Shown piece by piece: positions 36,142-45,042 of a stretch of 53,165 nt of DNA. Each line of letters begins with the position of its first letter. Positions within the stretch are counted from its first letter, which is position 1. A program made the translations under genes and the position numbers. Under the pieces are notes generated by a model, which saw only the letters and a list, made by a program, of their open reading frames with translations, did no database searches and was not told where the DNA came from. Source of the DNA: an uncultured Verrucomicrobiota bacterium (lineage in GTDB: Bacteria; Verrucomicrobiota; Verrucomicrobiia; Limisphaerales; JADLHS01); the NCBI GenBank assembly GCA_937894935.1, contig CALAYC010000332.1, positions 1 to 53,165 of the forward strand. Reading direction: 5' to 3'.

Positions 36142-37098
36142 GGTTCCCGGCAGACGCGGTTGTTGCGCCAAAAGACCGGGCGCAACAGAAGCGAGCTTAG
36201 TACGGAGTTGCTCCTCAAATCTTTCACGCGACAAAGGAATGCCTCCGGTGAGCGATTTCACTGAAGCGTCCAGAGTGGTGTAAACAACTTCATGTGGAAC
36301 GAGCTTCCATCCTTCGGATTTGGGCTCATATCGAACTACAAACCAAGTGATTTCTGCATTCGATAGATAGCGTTCTCGCGTAAGTCCGACCAACGAGCCG
36401 AAAAACGCTTCATCAATAACAACAGCCATCTTTTTTCCCCATGTGCGAATAACAGGGACCTTGGTTTGCAATTGGGGAAGCAACCGCTTGGGGCCAGAAC
36501 TGCGCCAGTCCGGCCGGCGATGCCGAGCAGGAAATTGCAAGGCTTCAGCCTCTGCTACCGACAACATTTTGAATTCGTTGACCATGCTTTGGCCGGAGAA
36601 ATACACAGCCTGAAGCTCGAGGGCGCACCAATCCATCGGCTGGCGGTCGGGATGGACTAAAACATTGTCAATGCGACCAATGAAATCACGCGAATCATCA
36701 TCCTCAGTCGTCGACGTGTCTTCAGGCTTCAGGCGATCTAGGAAACCAATCTCACCCAAAACAATCGGTGATTCTGTGTTCAGTATCGTTTTCCCCACCC
36801 ACTGGAAAATTGTATCTGATTCCAAAAAGCGATTCGGACAAGTCGTGATCAATGGTCCCATTCCGGCCACTGGTCCGTCGCTAATTTGCTGATAAGCTCG
36901 GAGTGAACAAACACCACCTTTTTTATTGCACGTGGCATTGTGTTGAAATGGACATTTCGTCCCAGTGAGTCCCGGGGTTTCCATTTCCACCTTGGCTCGT
37001 CGAAACCGTTCAGCAGAGGACATGGTTTCGAAACCTACGCCATACCATTCGCCGATCGAATATCGGCTTCGGGCTTTGAGTTTCGGGGGTTGCGGCAT
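36130..37098 (-). CDS. NotI-family type II restriction endonuclease-like protein
   Basis: IGEWYG...KCPF...TCNKKGGVCS...TTCPNRF matches my recollection of the NotI N-terminal Cys4 metal motif. ALELQAVYF resembles the NotI LEIQTMDF catalytic E-x-Q segment. The gene is convergent with the methyltransferase and overlaps it by 12 bp. Confidence 0.65.
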   Translation of the reverse strand: MPQPPKLKARSRYSIGEWYGVGFETMSSAERFRRAKVEMETPGLTGTKCPFQHNATCNKKGGVCSLRAYQQISDGPVAGMGPLITTCPNRFLESDTIFQWVGKTILNTESPIVLGEIGFLDRLKPEDTSTTEDDDSRDFIGRIDNVLVHPDRQPMDWCALELQAVYFSGQSMVNEFKMLSVAEAEALQFPARHRRPDWRSSGPKRLLPQLQTKVPVIRTWGKKMAVVIDEAFFGSLVGLTRERYLSNAEITWFVVRYEPKSEGWKLVPHEVVYTTLDASVKSLTGGIPLSRERFEEQLRTKLASVAPGLLAQQPRLPGTSTF

Positions 37099-37297
37099 CT
37101 CGCGGCGGGATTATTACGATTGTGTCCCGTTTGGCAAGTCGCGCCAGAAGGCCGAATTGAGTTTGGGAATTGCGGAACAAAAATTATTCAGCAGCGTTCC
37201 CTCATCGCAATGGCAATTCATGCGCATCAAATTGGTAACGCCAGGCCCAATTGGCTGGGCGCTTGTTTCTCCGCTTTGCCGTCGTTAGCCTCCGCGC

Positions 37298-37981
37298 ATG
37301 AGTAATCACAGAGCGCCTTTCACGCGAGAAGATCCCTGGCGCGTATTGCGGATTATGGGCGAATTTGTGACGTCGTTTGAAACGCTGTCTCACGTCCGCC
37401 CTTCCGTCACCGTTTTTGGTTCGGCGCGCATGAAGCCCACTGATAAGTATTACAAAGCCGCGGTCGAATTGGGCAAAAAACTCGCGCAACATCAGATTCC
37501 TGTCATCACCGGTGGCGGGCCGGGTATCATGGAAGCCGCTAACAAAGGCGCAGCGCTCGGTAAAGGGGTTTCCATCGGTATGAACATCGAATTGCCGCAC
37601 GAGCAGAAGAGCAATCCTTACGTCAATCTGCCGGTGAACTTTCACTACTTTTTTGCGCGCAAGGTTTGTCTCGTGAAATACAGCATCGCGTTCGTTTATA
37701 TGCCGGGCGGTTTTGGCACGTTGGACGAATTTTTCGAAGTCTTCACGCTGGTGCAGACGGAACGTATTCCGAAGTTTCCCATCATTCTTTTCGGCAAACG
37801 CCATTGGTCCGGTTTGTTGCGCTGGGTGAAACGCGAGTTGCGCGACAGAAATCATTACATCGGTCCGGACGATCTTAAGCTCATCACGCTCACCGATGAC
37901 GTGGATCACGCCGTGGCGGTTATTCGCGAATACCTGCAACACGTCGGTCCACCGGAAGTCGTTCCCAAAGCGTTTCCGTGA
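37298..37981 (+). CDS. LOG-family (TIGR00730) Rossmann-fold nucleotide-binding protein
   Basis: VTVFGSARMK...VITGGGPGIMEAANKGA...PGGFGTLDEFFE. The 246-aa minus ORF is an antisense shadow. Confidence 0.9.
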   Translation: MSNHRAPFTREDPWRVLRIMGEFVTSFETLSHVRPSVTVFGSARMKPTDKYYKAAVELGKKLAQHQIPVITGGGPGIMEAANKGAALGKGVSIGMNIELPHEQKSNPYVNLPVNFHYFFARKVCLVKYSIAFVYMPGGFGTLDEFFEVFTLVQTERIPKFPIILFGKRHWSGLLRWVKRELRDRNHYIGPDDLKLITLTDDVDHAVAVIREYLQHVGPPEVVPKAFP

Positions 37982-37990
37982 TTGGAACTC

Positions 37991-38755
37991 ATGGCCAGCC
38001 CGACGACATACGCGGTACTATTGCGCGAGGCGGGGCAGCCCAACGCCGAAGCTGTATGTCGCGCATTCCGGCAATTCCGGCATCTCACCGATGCGGACGC
38101 CATTCGTCTGGCGGCCAACGCCCAGGGCATTCTCATGCGGCATTTGAATGTGGACGAAGCGAAAGCGCTACAGCAGGCGCTTGGCGCGGAAGGTGTCAAT
38201 GCCGCGCTGGCCAAGGATGATGAACTGCGCTTTCTGCCATCAGCGCGCCGCGTGCATCACGCGGAATTGTCGTCCGATGCATTGCTCATTTTCGATCATC
38301 TCAATCGGGCACTGGCCGTGCCGTGGAACGAAGTATCACTGGTGGCGGCCGGTGCTGTTCCACATGTGGAAATCAGCAGTTCGGTTCAGCATCCCGGCGT
38401 TGGTATTCATTCTTTGTTTCGTTCTGGCGCGCGTTCCGCTCCACGCAGCCAATTGGAAACCACGCGTCAGCTCGTGTTGGAATTGATCACGCGCAATGCA
38501 TCGGCGCGTTATGAAATTCACGCGCACGATTTTCATTTTCATCGGCTGCCAGCGCTTCCAGCGACATCGTTGATGGAGCGATTCGTCTGGCTCGTGCGCG
38601 AAATGAGCCAACGCACGACCGGTGCGGTGTTGAATCGTGGAGTGCAGGATATCCGCGATGGCATCACGCTGGTGCGCGGTTATCCGAGTCGGCAGGCGTT
38701 GTTGGACGAAATGGTGTGGTTGCTATGGAGCGAAGCGCACCGTCGGCACGGCTGA
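37991..38755 (+). CDS. Hypothetical protein
   Basis: The ORF begins directly after the LOG stop (TTG 37982 or ATG 37991). I recognised no family. Confidence 0.45.
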   Translation: MASPTTYAVLLREAGQPNAEAVCRAFRQFRHLTDADAIRLAANAQGILMRHLNVDEAKALQQALGAEGVNAALAKDDELRFLPSARRVHHAELSSDALLIFDHLNRALAVPWNEVSLVAAGAVPHVEISSSVQHPGVGIHSLFRSGARSAPRSQLETTRQLVLELITRNASARYEIHAHDFHFHRLPALPATSLMERFVWLVREMSQRTTGAVLNRGVQDIRDGITLVRGYPSRQALLDEMVWLLWSEAHRRHG

Positions 38756-38792
38756 TTCAAGGTGTTTCGTTGTCCGGCGACGCGGCGGATGG

Positions 38793-40478
38793 TTGGTCAA
38801 TGGAATTTTGTCGCTTGCCGCGCCGGCAACCGCGCGATTCAATCTAATCGTGCGTCCGTTGCTGCAGGAAATCGCCACCGCGCAAACGCCCGAATCGCTC
38901 GTCGCGCGGCTCGCCGGCCAACGCGGCATCGTGCTCTTGCGCAGCGCCGGCTTCGCCTCGCCGCAAGCGCGTTATTCGTTCGTTACCACCAATCCCTTCC
39001 TGACGTTTCGTTCGTTCGGCTCGCGTTGCGAAGTTGCGACGCCTTTGAGTCCGGATTCTATTTCGCAAACTCAGTACGGTAATCCCTGGCATCTGCTCGA
39101 CGCGCTGATGGCGCGTTATGAATTGCTCGAGGAAATTGATCTGCCGTTTCCGCTTGGCGGCTGCTTTGGTTACTGGGGCTATGATCTGAAGAATTTCACT
39201 GAACCCAAATTGCCGCGCCGCGGAGTGAACGATCTGGAATTGCCGGATTGTCACGTCGGTTTTTACGCGAGTCTCGTCGTGTTTGATCATCGCCTTGGCA
39301 AGACGTGCATCGTCGCGACAGGATTGGACGCGGACGGGGCCCGCACGGAGGCGCGGGCTCGCGAGCAGGTGGAGTTTTGGGCAGAGTTGTTGGCGGATCG
39401 TCCTGCGAAAACCCTCACCTCGACCCGCTCGCTTTCCGAAAGCGAGAAGGAGAAGTTGTTTTCGCGCTTGGAGCAATCAGAAGCTTTCGAATTACGAAAG
39501 ACGCAGGAGCATATTCTCCCTCTTTTTGAGCGAGAGGGGCGAGGTGAGGGCCAGCGTGTCGCAAAACCAATTTCTTCCACTGTCACACGAGAGGAATTTT
39601 TCGCGGCTGTTGCTCGTGCTCAGGCCTACATCCGCACAGGCGACATTTATCAGGTTAATCTTTCGCAACGGCTTGCCGTGAAATTTCCGTGGTGGAATGA
39701 GGCTTCTGATGAACCGGCTCGCGAAGATGCTTGTCCGGCCAAAAATGCTGGCTGGGATTTGTTCACGCGACTGCTCGCCGTTTCGCCTGCGCCGTTCGCG
39801 GCGTTTCTTGATTGCGGCGATTTTCAAATCGCCTCTTCATCGCCGGAACAATTTCTCCGCATGAGCGGGTCGCACATCATCACACGTCCGATTAAAGGAA
39901 CGCGTCCTCGTTCAACGGACGCCACGCGCGACGCACAACTCGCTTACGAACTCCAGACCAGCACCAAAGAACTCGCTGAACTGGTGATGATCACAGATTT
40001 ATTGCGTAACGACCTCGGACGTTTCTGCGAATTCGGCAGCGTGCAAGTGCCGGAACTCGCGCAGCTCGAACGTTTCGCTCAGGTGCAACATCTCGTGTCC
40101 ACTGTCGAAGGTCGCTTGCGCAAAGACGTCACGCATTTCGCGGCGCTGGCGTCGGCGTTTCCCGGCGGCAGCATTACCGGCGCGCCAAAGTTTCGCGCCA
40201 TGGAAATCATTGATGAACTCGAACCGGTGGCGCGCGGGCCTTATTGCGGCTGTCACGGCTATCTGGGTTTCAATCGCGAAAGTCAGTTGAGCATCAGCAT
40301 TCGCACTGCGATTCACAAAGATGCAATGGCGTATTTCCACGTCGGCGCGGGCATTGTGGCGGATTCAATTCCTGAAGCGGAATACGATGAAACGCTGGCC
40401 AAAGCGCAGGGATTTTTGTCGGCGCTAGAGATGAAAGCTTCAAGCAAGGTCGAAGCAAATATCCAGAAGCCGGAGTAA
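38793..40478 (+). CDS. pabB: Aminodeoxychorismate synthase component I (chorismate-binding enzyme family)
   Basis: GDIYQVNLSQRL, SSSPEQFL, ITRPIKGTRPR, ITDLLRNDLGR, FPGGSITGAPKFRAMEIIDELE and GPYCG are all present. The start is uncertain: the track ORF starts at 38637 inside the upstream gene, and TTG 38793 is the first candidate after the upstream stop. Confidence 0.85.
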   Translation: MVNGILSLAAPATARFNLIVRPLLQEIATAQTPESLVARLAGQRGIVLLRSAGFASPQARYSFVTTNPFLTFRSFGSRCEVATPLSPDSISQTQYGNPWHLLDALMARYELLEEIDLPFPLGGCFGYWGYDLKNFTEPKLPRRGVNDLELPDCHVGFYASLVVFDHRLGKTCIVATGLDADGARTEARAREQVEFWAELLADRPAKTLTSTRSLSESEKEKLFSRLEQSEAFELRKTQEHILPLFEREGRGEGQRVAKPISSTVTREEFFAAVARAQAYIRTGDIYQVNLSQRLAVKFPWWNEASDEPAREDACPAKNAGWDLFTRLLAVSPAPFAAFLDCGDFQIASSSPEQFLRMSGSHIITRPIKGTRPRSTDATRDAQLAYELQTSTKELAELVMITDLLRNDLGRFCEFGSVQVPELAQLERFAQVQHLVSTVEGRLRKDVTHFAALASAFPGGSITGAPKFRAMEIIDELEPVARGPYCGCHGYLGFNRESQLSISIRTAIHKDAMAYFHVGAGIVADSIPEAEYDETLAKAQGFLSALEMKASSKVEANIQKPE

Positions 40479-40549
40479 TTCGCGTGAGTTTTAAAAGATT
40501 GAAGCTTTTCTTCCTCGCCGCTTCTCGTTTGCTTGCGTATTGAGTTTCC

Positions 40550-41395
40550 ATGCTCGTTTTTCTCAACGGCCAGTTCGTTCCCGAAGATCAGGCGACGGTT
40601 TCCGTTTTTGATCGTTCCTTTCTCTACGGCGATGGGCTGTTTGAAACCATGCGCGTCACCAACGGCAAACCGTTTCGCTGGTGGCAACACCTGGAACGCC
40701 TGCGCAAAGGCGGCGACGTTCTCGGCATCAAAATTCCCATCAGTTGCAAGTCGCTGGAAAAATTCGCCACTGAACTCGTCGCGAAAAATCAAATGCCCGA
40801 AGCGATCTTGCGTCTGACTGTTTCCCGCGGCGTCGGTCGGCGCGGTTATTCGCCGAAAGGTGCGAATAATCCTGTCGTAGTGATGACGCTGCATCCGCTT
40901 TCTGCCGCGTCGGTATCGGGTTCGGCGGGATGGAAACTTCACACGGCTTCAATTCGTCTGCCGGCGGGCGATTCACTCGCTCATTTTAAAACGGCCAACA
41001 AGTTGCCGCAGATTCTGGCTCGCGCCGAAGCCGAAGCTGCTGGTGCGGACGAAGCGTTGCTTTGCAATACCGATGGCTTCGTCGTCGAAGGCGCGACGAG
41101 CAATCTCTTTTGGGTGGATGGCGACACAATTTGTACGCCGCCACTGGTGAGCGGCGTTTTAGCTGGAGTCACGCGCGCGGTGACTTTGGAGCTGTGTCAG
41201 CAACTGAATCTCCTGCAAGCCGAGCGGCAGATTACTCCGGAACAATTACGTCGCACGAACGGTGTTTTTCTGACGTTAAGTTCGTTGGGAGTCATCGCTG
41301 CGAGGCAATTGGATGGAGCAGCGCTCGCACAATCGGCGTTGGTTGAAAAACTTCGTGCTGCTTACGACGAGCTGCTTGCGCGCGAATCAGCCTGA
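40550..41395 (+). CDS. pabC: Class IV aminotransferase, probably aminodeoxychorismate lyase
   Basis: VFLNGQFVPEDQATVSVFDRSFLYGDGLFETMRV...HFKTANKL...EGATSNLFWV. The pabC call rests on its adjacency to pabB. Confidence 0.7.
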   Translation: MLVFLNGQFVPEDQATVSVFDRSFLYGDGLFETMRVTNGKPFRWWQHLERLRKGGDVLGIKIPISCKSLEKFATELVAKNQMPEAILRLTVSRGVGRRGYSPKGANNPVVVMTLHPLSAASVSGSAGWKLHTASIRLPAGDSLAHFKTANKLPQILARAEAEAAGADEALLCNTDGFVVEGATSNLFWVDGDTICTPPLVSGVLAGVTRAVTLELCQQLNLLQAERQITPEQLRRTNGVFLTLSSLGVIAARQLDGAALAQSALVEKLRAAYDELLARESA

Positions 41396-41480
41396 GTGGC
41401 TTACGCAAAATCGTGTCAGCTTTCGCCAATGCCTGCCGATTGACGCTCGCCGCACAAAGCCGTACGCTGCGTTCGATCTT

Positions 41481-42359
41481 ATGAGTGAATTGTTGAATTC
41501 CCTGATTGAACTGATTCGCCGTACTTCGGCCGAGATTCCCGATGACGTGCATCGCGCGATTCTCACGGCGTTGGAAAATGAAAAGAAAGGTTCGATCGCC
41601 GAGAACGCACTCAAGATCGTGGACCAGAATATCGCGATCGCGAAAAACAAATCGCAGCCTATCTGTCAGGACACCGGCAGCATTTTGTTTTACGTGGATT
41701 GTCCGGTGGGTTACGACCAGATCACTTTTGCGGAAACCGCGCGCGAAGCCGTGAAGCAGGCGACCAAAAAAGGTTATCTCCGCCAGAATTCCGTGGATTC
41801 GCTCACCGGCAAAAACGACGGCACGAACTGCGGTCCGGGTGCGCCCGCGTTTCATTTTCATCAACACCGCAGCAACGAAGTCGCCGTGCGGCTCACGCTC
41901 AAAGGCGGCGGTTGCGAAAATGTCGGTGCGCAATACTCCTTGCCGGATGACAACCTTCACGCGAATCGCGACCTCGAAGGCTGTCGCAAGGTGATTCTCG
42001 ATGCCGTGTTGCAGGCGCAGGGCAAAGGTTGCGGGCCAGGCATTCTCGGCGTGTGCATCGGTGGCGATCGCGCCACCGGTTACGAACTGAGCAAAACACA
42101 ATTTCTCCGCAAACTGGACGATCGCAATCCCGAGCCGAAACTCGACGCGCTCGAACAGGACATTCTCAAAACGGCGAACGACCTCGGCATCGGCCCGATG
42201 GGTTTTGGCGGCAAGACGACTCTGCTGGGCGTTAAAATCTGCGCGGCGAATCGTGTGCCGGCGTCGTATTTCGTCAGCGTCAGCTACATGTGCTGGGCGT
42301 TCCGTCGCCAAGGCGTCACGCTGAATGCCGACGGGAAGATTGAGAAGTGGCTGTATTGA
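41481..42359 (+). CDS. Fe-S hydro-lyase alpha subunit (class I fumarate hydratase / L-tartrate dehydratase N-terminal domain)
   Basis: AENALKIVDQNIAIAKNKSQPICQDTGSILFYVD...GYLRQNSVD...GGGCENV...GPGILGVCIGGDR. The start is the ATG at 41481. The 385-aa minus ORF is an antisense shadow. Confidence 0.8.
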   Translation: MSELLNSLIELIRRTSAEIPDDVHRAILTALENEKKGSIAENALKIVDQNIAIAKNKSQPICQDTGSILFYVDCPVGYDQITFAETAREAVKQATKKGYLRQNSVDSLTGKNDGTNCGPGAPAFHFHQHRSNEVAVRLTLKGGGCENVGAQYSLPDDNLHANRDLEGCRKVILDAVLQAQGKGCGPGILGVCIGGDRATGYELSKTQFLRKLDDRNPEPKLDALEQDILKTANDLGIGPMGFGGKTTLLGVKICAANRVPASYFVSVSYMCWAFRRQGVTLNADGKIEKWLY

Positions 42360-42396
42360 TTTGGGCGCGCGTTTCGCGTGCTTTTTCACTAAGCAG

Positions 42397-43395
42397 CTAC
42401 GCTGTCGTGCGGCGGGCGGCGAGTTGTTTTGCCAGCCGCATCGCTGCAATCATGCTGGACGGATTTGCGATGCCTTTCCCGGCGATGTTGTAAGCCGTGC
42501 CGTGGTCCGGTGAAGTGCGGATAAATGGCAAGCCCAACGTCCAATTGACGCCACTATCAAACGCGACGGCTTTCAGCGGTGCGAGTCCCTGGTCGTGATA
42601 CATCGCCACGACCGCATCGAACTCTCCTTCTAACGCGTAATGAAATACCGTGTCGCCGCTCAGCGGACCGACGACGTTGAAACCTTTCTGCTGCGCCTGT
42701 GTCACGGTCGGGCCGATTGTGGTAATTTCCTCATCGCCCATTTGCCCGCCTTCGCCCGCGTGCGGGTTCAGTCCGCAAACTGCGATACGGGCGCGGTTGA
42801 GTCCAAGGTCGCGACACGACTGCGCCGCGAGTTCGATAGCGAGCAGGATTTTTTCAGGTGTAATTTGCTGTGGCAGTTTTCTGATTGAAACGTGCGTGGT
42901 GACGAGTGCAACCCGCAACCAGCGTTTGCGTTCATCGTGACCGAGCAACATCATCGCCGTGCGCTCAGCCCTCGCAAGTTGCGAAAGAAATTCCGTCTGT
43001 CCGATAAACGAATGGCCGGCGTGGACAATGGCTTCTTTGTTCACCGGTGCGGTGACAAGTCCGATTAATTCGCGTTTTAAGCAGCGCTCCGCTCCATCTC
43101 GCAACCACGCCACCGCTGCGTTTGCCGCTGGCGCTGAGCCAGCGGGTAAATTTTCTGCCAACGTTTCGGTGAGCGGATTGGCGATGATTACGCGGTCGTT
43201 CGCTGTGGCTCGCGCTTGTGGAACGATAGAAAGCTTAAGCGCGAGCTGTTGATTCAACCGTTGCGCGAGTTGTTCGTCGCCAATCAGAAGGTAGCGCGTG
43301 GTGTCGCGCGGGAGTTCGGCGGCGATGGCTTTCAGCGTGACTTCCGGACCGATGCCGGTGACATCGCCCAATGAGATGCCGAGAATACCGCTCAT
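42397..43395 (-). CDS. pdxA: 4-hydroxythreonine-4-phosphate dehydrogenase
   Basis: GDVTGIGPEV...TAPVNKEAI...GQTEFL...LNPHAGEGG...AMYHDQGLAPLK...RTSPDHGTAYNIAGKG. Confidence 0.93.
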   Translation of the reverse strand: MSGILGISLGDVTGIGPEVTLKAIAAELPRDTTRYLLIGDEQLAQRLNQQLALKLSIVPQARATANDRVIIANPLTETLAENLPAGSAPAANAAVAWLRDGAERCLKRELIGLVTAPVNKEAIVHAGHSFIGQTEFLSQLARAERTAMMLLGHDERKRWLRVALVTTHVSIRKLPQQITPEKILLAIELAAQSCRDLGLNRARIAVCGLNPHAGEGGQMGDEEITTIGPTVTQAQQKGFNVVGPLSGDTVFHYALEGEFDAVVAMYHDQGLAPLKAVAFDSGVNWTLGLPFIRTSPDHGTAYNIAGKGIANPSSMIAAMRLAKQLAARRTTA

Positions 43396-43422
43396 GTTCG
43401 GAGTGCGGGCGGCTGGCGCCGT

Positions 43423-44400
43423 TCAGAATTCAAACTGCCGGATGAACGTCTTTTGCCGGAGTTTCTCGATGTAGCGCGCGTGCAAACGTTCGCGTTCGCG
43501 GCGCAGCAAGGTTTCTTCGATCTGCTCACGGACTTCCGCAACGGGCCGATGATGCGCAACGCGTTTGTCTTCCACCAACATGATGAAGAGCGCCTGCGGA
43601 GTTTCGATGACGTCACTCAATTGGCCGGCGTCCAGACTGAAAGCCACGTCTGCGAGTTCTTTTCGTAACGTCGCGCGATCTGCCCAGCCCCAATCGCCGC
43701 CCTGACTGCGCTGACTGCCTTGCGAATAAATACTCGCCATTTCGGAAAACGCCGCGCCTTCTTTGATTTTTCGCAAAATCTCCTGCGCCAACTCACGCGT
43801 GGTTTCCGCTTCGTTTTCAGAAGCTTTGTTCAACATGATCATCCGCAGCTTCACCTGATCCTCGACCTTGAACTCGTCTTTGTGCTCGTTGTAGTAGGTC
43901 TCAATCTTGTAGGGCGAGATGATGGTTTCCTGGTGGACGTTTTTGAGTTGCAACTGTTGCACGAGGAATCGCTCGCGCTCCTGTTGCCGCCACTTTTCGT
44001 ACGTCATTCCGCGCGCTTGCAATGTTTTGACCAACAACGAGCGGTCGCCCTGGAAGCGGCGTTTGATTTCAGTATTGATCACTTCATCAATCACACTTTC
44101 CGGCATGGTGTAACCGGAGGCTTCGAAATCGCGCAGCATCAACTGATGTTCAATGGAGCGATTCAAACTGTCCCGGAGTGCCTCTTCGATTTTCTGATTG
44201 AGCAACTCGCGTTGATGGCCGTAGAGCCGCCAATATTCCTCCGCCAGGATCCGGACATCGGATTCAACTTCGCCTTGGGTGATGACGGCGTTGTGAACAA
44301 CTGCTTTGATGCCGTTGATGACTTCGGCGCGCGATTCAATGAGCCCGCCGACAGCGAGCAACAGCGGCAACAGCCATCTCGATGAAGAATTCATGTTCAC
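43423..44400 (-). CDS. SurA-like periplasmic chaperone / parvulin-type peptidyl-prolyl isomerase
   Basis: A signal peptide and SurA-N-like helical region are followed by a PpiC domain (...FSEMASIYSQGSQRSQGGDWGW...GQLSDVIETPQALFIM). Its position directly upstream of pdxA matches the conserved surA-pdxA arrangement. Confidence 0.8.
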   Translation of the reverse strand: MNMNSSSRWLLPLLLAVGGLIESRAEVINGIKAVVHNAVITQGEVESDVRILAEEYWRLYGHQRELLNQKIEEALRDSLNRSIEHQLMLRDFEASGYTMPESVIDEVINTEIKRRFQGDRSLLVKTLQARGMTYEKWRQQERERFLVQQLQLKNVHQETIISPYKIETYYNEHKDEFKVEDQVKLRMIMLNKASENEAETTRELAQEILRKIKEGAAFSEMASIYSQGSQRSQGGDWGWADRATLRKELADVAFSLDAGQLSDVIETPQALFIMLVEDKRVAHHRPVAEVREQIEETLLRRERERLHARYIEKLRQKTFIRQFEF

Positions 44401-44459
44401 AGTTTCGGGATGCTAGGCTTGGCCGGAAATGGGGTCAAGCGCCGGGCTGAGGCGGGGGT

Positions 44460-44960
44460 TCAACGGCGTGGCGTGGGCGACGGCAATGGCAACGTATCGC
44501 CGCTGTGACCATTAGATTGAATGCGTGCCGGAGCGATGTTCGCCGCGGGATTGTACGATTGCCGACTGCGCACGACGCCATAAACAATCGCGGCCACCAA
44601 CAGAACGCCAAGCGCGATCAAAATTTTGCGGCGATGCAGATTGAGTTTGGAAAGCTGCAACGTCATGAAATTCACGACGCTGTTATCGCTGTCGGTCAAC
44701 GGCGGCGGTTCAGAAAATTTATCCGTGCGATTCAGCTCCGCATCGAGGGCTTTAATCACTTGCGGCACGTCCAGCTTCAGCAACGTGGCGTAAGTGCGCG
44801 TAAAGCCACGGATGTAAACCGGCGCGACAAACACGTCGAAGTTACCTTCTTCCAGAGCGCGCACGTGGTCGGTGCGCAGCTTGGTAATCTCCGCCACCTC
44901 ATTGATGGAGAGATTCTGAGCTTCGCGCGCTGCGCGCAATTGTTCCGCAACTGTTGGCAT
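44460..44960 (-). CDS. RodZ-like helix-turn-helix membrane protein
   Basis: MPTVAEQLRAAREAQNLSINEVAEITKLRTDHVRALEEGNFDVFVAPVYIRGFTRTYA is followed by a single TM (ILIALGVLLVAAIVYGV). The ATG is at 44960. Confidence 0.7.
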   Translation of the reverse strand: MPTVAEQLRAAREAQNLSINEVAEITKLRTDHVRALEEGNFDVFVAPVYIRGFTRTYATLLKLDVPQVIKALDAELNRTDKFSEPPPLTDSDNSVVNFMTLQLSKLNLHRRKILIALGVLLVAAIVYGVVRSRQSYNPAANIAPARIQSNGHSGDTLPLPSPTPRR

Positions 44961-45042
44961 TCCGGCTATTTCTAGCGGTTCAACGGGCGAGTTGGCAATG
45001 CAGGAAACGCCGCTGATTGATTTATCTTCTCGCAACTTCGCA

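Noticed and set aside
38637-38792. Upstream extension of the pabB ORF (track start 38637)
   Set aside because: It would overlap the preceding gene by 119 nt. The extension encodes Cys/Arg/Trp-rich sequence unlike chorismate-binding enzymes, so a start after 38755 is more likely, though the exact codon is unresolved.
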